Program-made: the position numbers and the translations under genes | Origin: an uncultured Trueperaceae bacterium | Lineage (GTDB): Bacteria; Deinococcota; Deinococci; Deinococcales; Trueperaceae | Length of the DNA stretch: 64,000 nucleotides | NCBI GenBank assembly: GCA_963815215.1 | Contig: CAWFFU010000011.1 | Coordinates: 1-64,000 of the forward strand | Direction of reading: 5' to 3' | The notes under the pieces: generated by a model | Seen by the model: the letters and a program-made list of their open reading frames with translations, nothing else | Databases searched by the model: none | Told to the model about the DNA's origin: nothing | Shown: positions 29,457-38,898 of the stretch, piece after piece | Position numbering within the stretch: position 1 is the first letter of the stretch | How the letters are laid out: the number at the start of each line of letters is the position of its first letter

Positions 29457-30467
29457 TCAGGGCTTGATCGCCCGCTCGAGCAGTGGCGGAAGGATGTCCT
29501 CGGCGGTCACGCCGTCGGCCTCCGCTTCGAAGTTGAGGGAGAAACGGTGCCGCACGGAGGGGAGCATCACGGCCCGCAGGTCGTCGAAGCTCACGTTGTA
29601 GCGGCCCTCCAACAGGGCACGCGCCTTCGCCGCCAGGATCATCGTCTGGCCACCGCGCGGGCTGACACCGTAGCGGCCGAAGCGCTGGACTTCCTGGCTG
29701 GCGGCGATACCCGGCTGGGTCGCCAGCACGAAACGGACGACCGCCTCGCGCACGTGACTGGCGATCTCGACCTCACGTGTCACGCCCTGTAGGTGCAGGA
29801 TGTCCTGCGGGGCGAGTAGCTCACGCGGCTCGTCCTGCTGTTGGCCGGTCGTCAACGCGAGGATGGCGTCGAGCACTTCGGCCGATGGGAAGTGGATGAC
29901 CACCTTGAAGAAGAAGCGGTCGATCTGCGCTTCCGGAAGGATGTACGTACCCTCCATCTCGATCGGGTTCTGGGTGGCGAGCACGAAGAACGGCTCGGGC
30001 AGCACATGGCTCTGTCCGGCTGCCGTCACGGTGCGCTCCTGCATGGCTTCGAGGAGCGCCGATTGCGTCTTGGGGGTCGCCCGGTTGATCTCGTCGGTCA
30101 GGACCATCTGAGCGAACACAGGGCCCTGCTGGAAGCGCGAATGGCTGTTGCCCTGTTCATCTTGCACCAGAACGATGGTGCCGGTGATGTCCGCGGGCAT
30201 CAGGTCCGGCGTGAACTGGATACGGGAGAACTGCAGCCCGCACACCGATCCCACGGTCCGCACCAGGAGGGTCTTGCCCAGCCCCGGCGCCCCTTCGACG
30301 AGGACGTGGCCACCGCACATCAGGCTGATGAACAGCTGGTCGATGACGTCCTCCTGCCCGACGATGAAACGTGCGGCCTCCTCACGAGCAGAACGCAGTC
30401 GCGCCAGGGTGTCGTCAAGGACAGCCGGATCGATCGTTGCGAACCCCGCCTGACCTTCAGATGCCAT
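29457..30467 (-). CDS. MoxR-family AAA+ ATPase
   Basis: GAPGLGKT, RIQFTPDLMPAD, DEINRATPKTQSALLEAMQE, ATQNPIEMEGTY. Confidence 0.95.
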   Translation of the reverse strand: MASEGQAGFATIDPAVLDDTLARLRSAREEAARFIVGQEDVIDQLFISLMCGGHVLVEGAPGLGKTLLVRTVGSVCGLQFSRIQFTPDLMPADITGTIVLVQDEQGNSHSRFQQGPVFAQMVLTDEINRATPKTQSALLEAMQERTVTAAGQSHVLPEPFFVLATQNPIEMEGTYILPEAQIDRFFFKVVIHFPSAEVLDAILALTTGQQQDEPRELLAPQDILHLQGVTREVEIASHVREAVVRFVLATQPGIAASQEVQRFGRYGVSPRGGQTMILAAKARALLEGRYNVSFDDLRAVMLPSVRHRFSLNFEAEADGVTAEDILPPLLERAIKP

Positions 30468-30551
30468 CTCGCATCACCTCTCGCCCTCCCTGGGCCGGCC
30501 CGTCCGTCGGAACCCATACCGACGATCTGCGCGGGCGCTTCAGATCGAATG

Positions 30552-32090
30552 TCACGGCGTCGAGCCCCGCGGCCCGGAGGCCGTCCCGGAGGCTGAAGCG
30601 TCGGACGGAAGGAAGTAGCGGCCGACCGCGGATCGCTCCATGCCGTCCACGATGGGGCCGACGGGCCGGGCCGTTTCGCTGGGCGCGGCACCCGCAACCG
30701 CCGCGCCGGGTGCGACGTCGGTCACCTGCACACGATGGGTATCGGGAGCCGCGTTGAGTTGGATGCGCTGACCGCCCGCTACCTCGGCGGAAGGCAGGTC
30801 GACCTTCGTTCCACTCGCCGTCGCAGGCATCCCCCCGGGCAGGGGCGCGCCCTGACTCAGCGGCTGCGTGCCCTGACCTGCCGCATCGCCGGGCCCCTGG
30901 GTCGCGTGGCGCGCCGCTCCAGCGGGCTGGCCACCCGGGCTGCCGGCCTGGTCGAGCAGAGCGTTCGCTTGCTTGAAGAGCGCCGCCTGCCCGGGGTCCT
31001 GACGCGCGTAGGTCCCGGGCGCATGAAGGGTCGGCCCCGGTGTGGTACCCATCTGGGACAGCGCCCCCGCCCCAGGCGCCTTGGACTGGGTGCGGTTGGG
31101 AGCGCCGGCCTCCAGTTGCTGCACGAGATCCGACAACGATGAGGATGGTGCGGCCCCCTTGGAAGTGATCTTGACCTTCAGGCCCTGACCGGCCGACGGT
31201 TGCGCGGCGGCGCCGGCCGCGCCCGGTGGCGCGGTCGGCGAGCCTCGTGGCGCCGAACTGCTCGCCAACTTGGTGGACCCACCCGGTGGTGACGTGATCT
31301 GCCCGTACGCCGCCTGGAGTTCGACCCGAAGTCGAGAGACCTCCCGCGCCACGGTCCCGCTCTGGATCTGACCGCTCGCCATACGGGCTCCCAGGTCCTG
31401 GAGCGAGGCGGCGATGGTCTGGAGATTCGGGTCGTTGCGGACGAAGGCGTCCTGGGCCACCAGGGCCGCGGCTCGCTGGACGTCCGTCACGGTCGGAACA
31501 GCCGTGGCGACACTGCCTCCGGGGGCACTCCCCGCCGACGTTCCGGCCCCGGCCGGTGTGACCATCGGCCGCAGAGGCACGAGCTGCACCGCGACGACGG
31601 CGACGAGCGCCACGACGAGCCAACGAGCGGGCCGTGCCAGCGGCACCTCGACCAACGCCTGCGGCTCAACGCGCGCAGCGACCGCAGCCGCGTCGGTCAT
31701 GAGCAGCGGCTGCAGTCCCGACATCCGGGCACCACCCCTGCCTTCGCCGACTTCGAGCGCTGTGCTCACGCGCTCCTGGAGTCGGTAGCGCTCATCGGCG
31801 CGCCGGGCCAATTCGGCGACGCTAGGCACGCTCCGCCGGACGTGCTGCCAGGCCACCAGCCCTACCAGTACGACCAGCCCTACGACGATGCCTGTCGACC
31901 CGGTGCGCATCCCACCCCAGAGCCTGGCAGCAGGAACAACGAACGCGCCGACCAACCGCCATGCTGCGACGACACCGAGAACGAGGGCCGCCCCGACACA
32001 CGCGTCCCTCATCAGCAGGCGTTCCCGGATCCGTGCCCGCGCCCTCCGCAGTCCGCGAAGGAGGGTGAAGAGCCGAGGGTCACCGATCAA
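30552..32090 (-). CDS. Membrane-anchored coiled-coil/low-complexity protein of the MoxR cluster
   Basis: TM segments, LQERVSTALE motif, G/Q/A-rich tail ending AVGRYF; TTG start with GAGGGG. Confidence 0.7.
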   Translation of the reverse strand: MIGDPRLFTLLRGLRRARARIRERLLMRDACVGAALVLGVVAAWRLVGAFVVPAARLWGGMRTGSTGIVVGLVVLVGLVAWQHVRRSVPSVAELARRADERYRLQERVSTALEVGEGRGGARMSGLQPLLMTDAAAVAARVEPQALVEVPLARPARWLVVALVAVVAVQLVPLRPMVTPAGAGTSAGSAPGGSVATAVPTVTDVQRAAALVAQDAFVRNDPNLQTIAASLQDLGARMASGQIQSGTVAREVSRLRVELQAAYGQITSPPGGSTKLASSSAPRGSPTAPPGAAGAAAQPSAGQGLKVKITSKGAAPSSSLSDLVQQLEAGAPNRTQSKAPGAGALSQMGTTPGPTLHAPGTYARQDPGQAALFKQANALLDQAGSPGGQPAGAARHATQGPGDAAGQGTQPLSQGAPLPGGMPATASGTKVDLPSAEVAGGQRIQLNAAPDTHRVQVTDVAPGAAVAGAAPSETARPVGPIVDGMERSAVGRYFLPSDASASGTASGPRGSTP

Positions 32091-32205
32091 GGTGACTCTC
32101 CCCTCGTCCGACCTGAATCATGGAGGACAACGTAGCACGGCACAGCCCCGGCGAGAGTACGGCAGATTCCGTGACAGACGCGATTGACTGCCCCGGGTCG
32201 GCGCG

Positions 32206-34323
32206 CTACTGGCACGTCGTGGCGGCGCCGCGCACTCCCAGGGTATCGAGTTGCGCGTTGACGTCACCGGCTTGCCCCAGACCCGAAGGGACCGTTGCGG
32301 CAACGCTGGCCATCGCTCTCTGAGCGTCGGGCTCCGGGCCCCACGAGGCACTGGGGTCGAGCTTGGCGATGTACAGCGGCTGCCGGAGCTGATGGTCCCA
32401 GGGCCGGAACGATAGTGGCACCTCCTTGGCGAGATCGAAGGTATGGTCCGGATCCGCGAGGTAGGCCGCGATCGTTGCCGGATCGATGGATCCCGTGGAC
32501 GCGCTGGCGCCGGCGACGATCTTGATCGCCATGTAGGTCGACCACGCGCCCGCGTCCATCGCCACGCCGGCCTGCGCAGCGAAGGCCTGGTTGAGGCCGG
32601 CCGCCGCCTTGGTATCGAGGGCCGGATCCCACATGACGGGCCGGTAGTCCGACCCGAGCGTGGGGTTGTCCTGCGCCAACTGTTGGAAGACGTAACGATC
32701 CTGGGCGTAGGTCGGGAGCAACCCGGTCACCGCCAGGCCCTTGTCCTGGTGCGGGATCTGGCTCAGGAACAGACCCTGCTGCCTGGGATCCAATACCGTT
32801 ACCACCAGGTCCGGCGACGACTTCTCTATGGCGCCGATCGCGTCGTAGAAGATCGTGGCGTCCGGAGCCACCCCCAGATGCCCCACGACCGTGCCACCTC
32901 CGGCCTTGGAGAGCGCGCGCTGGGCGGCCGCGACGGTCGCTGCCTCGTCGCTCCCGAGGGCCACGACGTACCAGCGCGAGCGATGCGTGGCGACCGACCA
33001 GCGAGCGAGGGCGTCCAGGTACATGGAGTTGCTGGGAGCAACGTGGAACACGAACGCGCTGCACTGACCACGAAGCTCCGCCGACGAGTCCGCGACGTTC
33101 AGGAACGGGACTCCGAGCTGACTCGCGACACGGGCGAGCGCCGCGGCCTGACCGTCCCCCATCCCGCCGATCAAGGCCGACACGTGATCGACCAGCACCA
33201 GCCGGCGGGCCGCGACCGCGGCCGCGGTCGCGGTCGGGCTGCTCGCGAACCGGACGCGCAGGTCACGCCCCGACGACGCGAACGTACGCCCCACAAGGCT
33301 ATCGGCCAGCGAACCGCCGGCCTGCGCCCCGGCTGCACCTGCATCCGTGATCGCGGGGAGCGACGTGGGTATCGGTAGCACCACCCCGACCACCAGCGGC
33401 TGCGGCTGCGGCGGAGGCGACGCCACCGGCTGCGTCACCGAGAGCGTCGGGATGCCTGCGTCGCTCAAGGCGGTCTGGATGCGGCTCCAACCCGCGGCGA
33501 GCGCGTTGTTGACGTCCCGCTGCAGACTGTCGTCACCCGGTCGCACGCCAACGGTCTCGAGATGGAACATGGCGTATCCGGCCGGCGTGATCTCGGGCGT
33601 GACGGCGTGCATCTGGAGGTGGCGCGAAGGCTGCTGGACGAAATACGTCGCATAGGCCCCGTAGAGCATCACGGCGTCGACCGTGCCGTCCTCGAGCTTC
33701 GCGATCAGCGGTGCCATGCTCGGTCCCCCGTCGACCGTGAGGTCCGGCGAGATCGGGACGATACTCGAGGCGAACCCCGCGTCCTGCAGGGCGCTCGCCA
33801 TCAGGGAGTTGGGGGGAACGCCAACTTTGAGGGTCTTCAGGACGGGATCGTCGAGACCCTTCACGGAGAAGCTCGCGTCGCTTCGGTACACGAAAACATA
33901 AGGAATCCGAAGATAGGGGACCGTGTTCACCAGTCCCTGGGCACCCTCGGGAGCGCCCATGACCATATCGCACGCCCCCGGTGCCAGCTCGTGCTGGACC
34001 GCGTAACCGTTGCCACCTGCCGGCGTGTAGACAAGGTCCAGGTTCGCATGCATCTCGTCCGCCAGGATGCCCGCGAGCTTCTCCTCGTAGCCCGGGTGAG
34101 CCCGGTCGGAAGCCGGCGGCTCGTGGGCGGAGACGCACACCCGCAGGTCCCAGCCGGCCTGCTGTGCCGTTGCGGCGGACAGGACGGCCAGAAGGGCCGC
34201 CGCCAAGAGCACCGCCATCGACCAGGAACGATTTCTTGGGCCCCCATCGGCGAGCCGGCCGGGCCGGGCCATGGCCCGCCGGGTGCTGGAACCGGCGTTT
34301 CTAGCGCTGGGTTTCCGCCTCAT
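32206..34323 (-). CDS. Fusion: MxaJ/XoxJ-like SBP plus PedA1-like SBP
   Basis: N-domain LRVCV...GYEEKLA...GACDMVMG...PYLRIPYVFVYR...LDDPVLK; C-domain with LSFRPWDHQLRQP and LDTLG...C; single ORF. Confidence 0.8.
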   Translation of the reverse strand: MRRKPSARNAGSSTRRAMARPGRLADGGPRNRSWSMAVLLAAALLAVLSAATAQQAGWDLRVCVSAHEPPASDRAHPGYEEKLAGILADEMHANLDLVYTPAGGNGYAVQHELAPGACDMVMGAPEGAQGLVNTVPYLRIPYVFVYRSDASFSVKGLDDPVLKTLKVGVPPNSLMASALQDAGFASSIVPISPDLTVDGGPSMAPLIAKLEDGTVDAVMLYGAYATYFVQQPSRHLQMHAVTPEITPAGYAMFHLETVGVRPGDDSLQRDVNNALAAGWSRIQTALSDAGIPTLSVTQPVASPPPQPQPLVVGVVLPIPTSLPAITDAGAAGAQAGGSLADSLVGRTFASSGRDLRVRFASSPTATAAAVAARRLVLVDHVSALIGGMGDGQAAALARVASQLGVPFLNVADSSAELRGQCSAFVFHVAPSNSMYLDALARWSVATHRSRWYVVALGSDEAATVAAAQRALSKAGGGTVVGHLGVAPDATIFYDAIGAIEKSSPDLVVTVLDPRQQGLFLSQIPHQDKGLAVTGLLPTYAQDRYVFQQLAQDNPTLGSDYRPVMWDPALDTKAAAGLNQAFAAQAGVAMDAGAWSTYMAIKIVAGASASTGSIDPATIAAYLADPDHTFDLAKEVPLSFRPWDHQLRQPLYIAKLDPSASWGPEPDAQRAMASVAATVPSGLGQAGDVNAQLDTLGVRGAATTCQ

Positions 34324-34367
34324 CGGTGAACGAACCTCCTGCGCCCCCACGGGACGGGGGCAGATAG

Positions 34368-34402
34368 ACGGTGGGGTGCTCGGCACGCGGGCACCCCACC
34401 GT
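34368..34402. terminator. Hairpin between dehydrogenase and XoxJ fusion
   Basis: ACGGTGGGGTGC...GCACCCCACCGT; no U-tract. Confidence 0.5.
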
Positions 34403-34430
34403 GATGTCATGGATCGCCTTCCGCTCTAGC

Positions 34431-36143
34431 TCAGTTCCCGGAGCTTGGAAGCGCGAACACGAAGACCGAAACGTCTCCCGTCACCGGATCCGACACCTTC
34501 TTCTGGTGGTGGATCACGATGCCGCCCAGACCGCCGTCGATGATGGCGACGTACTGCTTGCCGTTCACTTCGTAGCTGATCGGGTTGCTCGCCACGTACG
34601 CCGGCAGCACCTGATCGAACAGCACCTTACCGGTCTTGGCGTCCAGAGCGCGGAAGTGCCGGTCGGGGTTCCCGAAGAACACCAGGTTGCCCTTGGTCAC
34701 GACGGGACCGCTGTACTGCGAGTACGGCGAGGGGAACGACCAGGCGACCTTGCCCGTGGTCGGATCGATGGCCGAGATCGCTCCGATGTGGTCGAACATC
34801 TCGGTCTGAGCGACCAGGCCGTAGTTGATCGGGTTCTGGCCCGGCTTCCAATCCGCCGCGCGCGGGTTGTCCGTCACCTGCTCGCAGTCGTTGTTGGTGG
34901 GGCGGTAGTACAGGCCGGTATCCGGGCTGAACGCCGCGGGCTCGAAGTCGACCCAGCGGAACATGCAGATCAGCTTCGTCTGACCCGGCTTGGTGAAGCG
35001 ATAGGAATCATCGATGATGGGCTTGCCATCCGCCGTGAACCCCTTGAGGTAGCTGGTCTTCGGCGCTTCCTGGAACGCGTTGATCCACTTGCCCGTCGCC
35101 GCATCCACTTCAACCAGGAAACCCTGTGTGGTCGCCAGCATTGCCACATTCTGCTTCTGACCGTTGACGGTCACGGGGGCGATGACCGGCGTCGGAATCT
35201 CGTCACCGTCCCACACACCGTTGGGAACGATCTGCTTGTACCACTTCAGCTTGCCGGTGGTCACGTCGAGCGCGACCCAGCTGTCCGTGTACAGGTTGCT
35301 CCCGCTACGCACCGTCTTGCCGTTGTTGTCCAGCGTTCCCCAGGGGATCGGCTGGCCCACGCCGTAGATCACCGTCTTCGAGGCGGGATCGTACGCGCCC
35401 GGCGTCCACGCCGACGCGCCACCCCACTGCGCCGCGCTCGGCGGCTGCCACGTGTCGAAGCCCGGCTCGCCCGGCTGCGGGACCGTGTGGAACGTCCACA
35501 GGATCTCACCGCTGTTCACGTCCATCGCGATGACCCGACCGTTGTTGCCGCCGGTATCGGCGCCGGACGGACCCACGATGATCTTGCCGTCGCCGAAGAT
35601 CGGTCCGGCACTGAAGCCCTCACCGGTCTTGATGGCTCCGACCTGCGTGCTCCAGATCTGCTTGCCGGACTTGGCGTCCAACGCAACGACCCGGCCGTCA
35701 CCCGTGGTCCAGAACACCTTGCCCTCGTAAACCACGACGCTGCCGCGTTGGCGCTGCGCCGTCAGCGAGTTGGTGTTCTTGTCCAGCGTGACCTTATGCT
35801 CCCACACCAGATCGCCGTTGGTGGCGTCCAGCGCGTCCACCCGGTCAGGGCCGTTGATGTACAGGATCCCGCCGTACTCCACCGGCGAGCCCTGGGGCTC
35901 GTATACCGTGCTGAGACCGCGGCTCCACGCCATGCGCAACGTGCCCACATTGTCCGTGTTGATCTGATCCAGCGGGCTGTAGCGCCACATCTGCAAGTTG
36001 CGCCCGTACGTCGGCCAATCGCCTGCCGCCGGGTTCGTCAGCTGCTCCGTCGTCTGGGCGAACACCGCCGGCGCCATCAACAACAGCGCGAGAAGCACTC
36101 CACCCATCACCTTGAGCCCCTTGTGGGACATTGCCCTGCTCAC
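34431..36143 (-). CDS. Periplasmic PQQ-dependent dehydrogenase (alcohol-dehydrogenase fold, divergent)
   Basis: Signal peptide; DWPTYGRN...RYSPLDQINTDNV, LDAKSGKQIW, WGGASAW, AYDP, NLYTDS, WDGDE, YEVNGKQYVA. Start 36143, 36131 or 36191. Confidence 0.9.
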   Translation of the reverse strand: MSRAMSHKGLKVMGGVLLALLLMAPAVFAQTTEQLTNPAAGDWPTYGRNLQMWRYSPLDQINTDNVGTLRMAWSRGLSTVYEPQGSPVEYGGILYINGPDRVDALDATNGDLVWEHKVTLDKNTNSLTAQRQRGSVVVYEGKVFWTTGDGRVVALDAKSGKQIWSTQVGAIKTGEGFSAGPIFGDGKIIVGPSGADTGGNNGRVIAMDVNSGEILWTFHTVPQPGEPGFDTWQPPSAAQWGGASAWTPGAYDPASKTVIYGVGQPIPWGTLDNNGKTVRSGSNLYTDSWVALDVTTGKLKWYKQIVPNGVWDGDEIPTPVIAPVTVNGQKQNVAMLATTQGFLVEVDAATGKWINAFQEAPKTSYLKGFTADGKPIIDDSYRFTKPGQTKLICMFRWVDFEPAAFSPDTGLYYRPTNNDCEQVTDNPRAADWKPGQNPINYGLVAQTEMFDHIGAISAIDPTTGKVAWSFPSPYSQYSGPVVTKGNLVFFGNPDRHFRALDAKTGKVLFDQVLPAYVASNPISYEVNGKQYVAIIDGGLGGIVIHHQKKVSDPVTGDVSVFVFALPSSGN

Positions 36144-36246
36144 CTCTGCCACCCCTTTCAGGTGTGATTTCGTATGAACTGCCTTGGACATCTCGGGGAT
36201 TCACGGCCCAACGGCCCGAGGTCTCCCTACGGACCGACCATCTCGC

Positions 36247-37053
36247 TCACTTCGATAGGATCTGGCTCACCTCCTTTGCGGTCACGGCGCCATAGTCATT
36301 GCCCCACGACGTCCTCACGTACGTCGCAGCGCCCGCGATCTGGTCCTTCGATAGCGCCTTGCCGAAGGGCGGCATGAAGTGCCCGCCGTAGAAGATCTGC
36401 CGTACCACCATCTCGGTATTGCTCAGCTTGTCGTTCCCGACGAATTTCGGCCCCTTGCCGCCTTCGCCACTGGCTCCGTGACAAGCCGAGCAGATGTTGT
36501 CGAAGATCGGTTGGCCCGCGCCGCGCAGGTTCGACAGCTCCATGGCGCTGACGTTCGACGCCGTCGGCTGCTTGGCGCTCGCCGTGCTGCTGCTGGCCGG
36601 TGCAGGAGGCTTGATCGACTCGCCGTAGGGGGAAACCAGATCCCACTCCCCGCCGTGGGCGTTCACGCCCTCACCGTTGGTGTCACCCGACGCTTTGTCT
36701 TTGACGAAGGTGTACAGGGGGAGGCCGTTGTAGGTGACCTGCAGCGTCCCGTCCTGGCGCTTGATGGTGCCGAGAAGGCTGGCGGCCACGCCGGACGCCC
36801 CCGTAGGCGTTCCCGTGACGGCAAGCGGCGGCCACGCCTGGGCACAGGCGCCGCTGCAAGTGCTCGTATCCTTCGAATCGGAACTCAGGACGTACAGACT
36901 CTGCCCATTCCCGTCCACGAGGTACGTGCCGTAAGTCTTGCTCGTCGCCACCTGGACAGTCGGTGCTGAAGTCGAGCTCTGGCCCAACGCCAGGGCAAAC
37001 GCCAGCACCACCAAGGTGAGCCCAGAAATCAAGACAAGTCTACGCATAGGCAT
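36247..37053 (-). CDS. COG4315/Lipoprotein_15-repeat domain fused to class I cytochrome c
   Basis: LVDGNGQSLY..D..STCSGACAQAWPP, QVTYNGLPLYTFVKD..GDTNGEG; C-terminal CSACH...MPPF...YVRTSWGN; RBS GAGGAG. Confidence 0.85.
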   Translation of the reverse strand: MPMRRLVLISGLTLVVLAFALALGQSSTSAPTVQVATSKTYGTYLVDGNGQSLYVLSSDSKDTSTCSGACAQAWPPLAVTGTPTGASGVAASLLGTIKRQDGTLQVTYNGLPLYTFVKDKASGDTNGEGVNAHGGEWDLVSPYGESIKPPAPASSSTASAKQPTASNVSAMELSNLRGAGQPIFDNICSACHGASGEGGKGPKFVGNDKLSNTEMVVRQIFYGGHFMPPFGKALSKDQIAGAATYVRTSWGNDYGAVTAKEVSQILSK

Positions 37054-37066
37054 CCGCTCACTCCTC

Positions 37067-37098
37067 AAAAAAACCTGGGGGGCACCTTCAGGTGCCCC
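37067..37098 (-). promoter_or_regulatory. Terminator-like hairpin and T7 tract just upstream of the RBS
   Basis: Minus strand GGGGCACC-TGAA-GGTGCCCC-CCAGG-TTTTTTT-GAGGAG. Confidence 0.45.
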
Positions 37099-37263
37099 GC
37101 CGTGGCTCGTGTTTGACTGTCGTACGTTAACGCCGTCACCCGGCAGGCAATGGTGGCTTCCGTTACATTGTTGGGCGAAATTGGGACGTATGTCCCTAGC
37201 GGTTGGATCCAGGCTATGCATAGAAGCTCCTAGGAAGGATCAGCAGCTATCGTGTCTCGGTCG

Positions 37264-38001
37264 TCACGACTTGAGTTGCCGAACGGCGTCGCGCGATGCC
37301 TTCCAGAGAGCCGGGTCCTCGGGGTCCCGCGGCCGCGGGAAAGCTTCGGAGAGCCGGAACTCGCTACGCACGCGCCCAGGGCTGGCGCTCATCACGACGA
37401 CGCGGTCCGCGAGCAGTACTGCCTCGAGGGGATTGTGCGTCACCATCACCACGGTGCAGCCGAGCTCCCGCCAGAGACCCAGCAGCTCCTGCCGCATGGT
37501 CATCGCAGTCAGCTCGTCCAACGCACTGAACGGCTCGTCCATGAAGAGGATGTCCGGCTCCACGATCAGAGCGCGCGCCACGGCGACACGTTGCTGCATA
37601 CCGACCGACAGCCGCGAGGGGAACTCGCGTCCCAGCCCGGTCAACCCGACGCGCGCCAGCCATTGATCCTGGGCGGCCGTGTCCGAGCGTTTGGCTCCGT
37701 CGAGCACGAAGGCCAGGTTGTCTCGCACCCGCAACCACGGCAACAAGCGTGACTCCTGGAAGACGTGACTGATGACGGGCCCGTTGATGCCTCCGGACTC
37801 GAGTGCCACGCGCCCTGCATCGGGCCGGTCCAAGCCGGAGAGGATCTTCAGAAGGGTCGTCTTGCCGCAACCGGAGGGCCCGAGCAACGCAACGAACTCG
37901 CCGGCGTCGACCTCCAGGCTCACGCCGGCCACCGCCACGCGCTCACCGCCCCCTTCCAGGGGGAACCGCCGCACGATGCCCTCTGCAACGATCGCCGCCA
38001 C
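37264..38001 (-). CDS. NitT/TauT-type ABC ATPase (LutE-like)
   Basis: [35 protein letters not shown]. Confidence 0.9.
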   Translation of the reverse strand: MAAIVAEGIVRRFPLEGGGERVAVAGVSLEVDAGEFVALLGPSGCGKTTLLKILSGLDRPDAGRVALESGGINGPVISHVFQESRLLPWLRVRDNLAFVLDGAKRSDTAAQDQWLARVGLTGLGREFPSRLSVGMQQRVAVARALIVEPDILFMDEPFSALDELTAMTMRQELLGLWRELGCTVVMVTHNPLEAVLLADRVVVMSASPGRVRSEFRLSEAFPRPRDPEDPALWKASRDAVRQLKS

Positions 38002-38004
38002 AGG

Positions 38005-38898
38005 TCAGATCTCCCCCGCGCCCGTGGCGCGCCAACGGAACGCCCTGCGCTGCAACGTACCCAGGAGGGCGACATCGATCACGGCGAGGACCACCATCAT
38101 GGTGACGCCGTACGCCAGCACGCCCTTCATGTTGAACATCTGGAAGTAGAAGGAGATCATGTACCCGACGCCGTTCGTCCGGCCCAACAGCTCGGCCAGC
38201 ACGACCATCTTCCAGGCCAGGGACAGCGAGGCGCGGGCCGTGCCGATGACGTAGGGCATGAGTTGCGGCAGGATGACACGGAGCCAGATCTCCGCCCGCC
38301 GCCGACCGAAGGCGTGCGCCATCTCCAGGAGCTTCGTGTCGAGCGCGCGCGTGCCCTCTCGGAGCTGCACCACTACCGTCGGCGTGATCGTGATCACCAG
38401 GGCCCCGATGGCGGCCAGATCGTTGAGGCCAAGCAGCAGGTAGGCGACGACGAACAGGACGATACGGGGCACCGTCAGGCCGGCCAGCAACCAGCCCCCC
38501 AATAGGCGGTCCACCGTGCGCGAGAGGCCCATGGCCGCCCCAGCGATCACGCCAAGGAGCATACCGACGGAGAAGGCTACGAGAACGCGCTCAGCCGTAG
38601 CACCCAGGTTGAACAGGAGCGCCCCGCGCTGGTACTCCGCGGCGATGAACGCCAGCGTGCTCAGGGGGCCCGGCATGAGTTGCGACGGCAAGGCGCGGGC
38701 GAGGACCAACCACGCCGCCAGGATGGACGCGTAGGAGAGCGCCGTCCACCATCGTTGGGCGGATCGGCGCCTTCCAGCGCTTCGCCGATCCGCCAGCTGC
38801 CTGGCGGCGTCCACGGGATGAACCGCCGGTCGATCGCTCTCCGTAGCGAGCCTCCGTATCAGCCGTGCTTCACGGCGCGTACTTCGTTGTGAACGCAT
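38005..38898 (-). CDS. NitT/TauT-type ABC permease (LutF-like)
   Basis: [38 protein letters not shown]...GVG; start uncertain. Confidence 0.88.
   Translation of the reverse strand: MRSQRSTRREARLIRRLATESDRPAVHPVDAARQLADRRSAGRRRSAQRWWTALSYASILAAWLVLARALPSQLMPGPLSTLAFIAAEYQRGALLFNLGATAERVLVAFSVGMLLGVIAGAAMGLSRTVDRLLGGWLLAGLTVPRIVLFVVAYLLLGLNDLAAIGALVITITPTVVVQLREGTRALDTKLLEMAHAFGRRRAEIWLRVILPQLMPYVIGTARASLSLAWKMVVLAELLGRTNGVGYMISFYFQMFNMKGVLAYGVTMMVVLAVIDVALLGTLQRRAFRWRATGAGEI

Noticed and set aside
34431..36143. Calling the dehydrogenase xoxF, mxaF or pedH
   Set aside because: It lacks the vicinal Cys-Cys and the canonical Glu, Asn and Arg; only the fold and D-x-D are supported.
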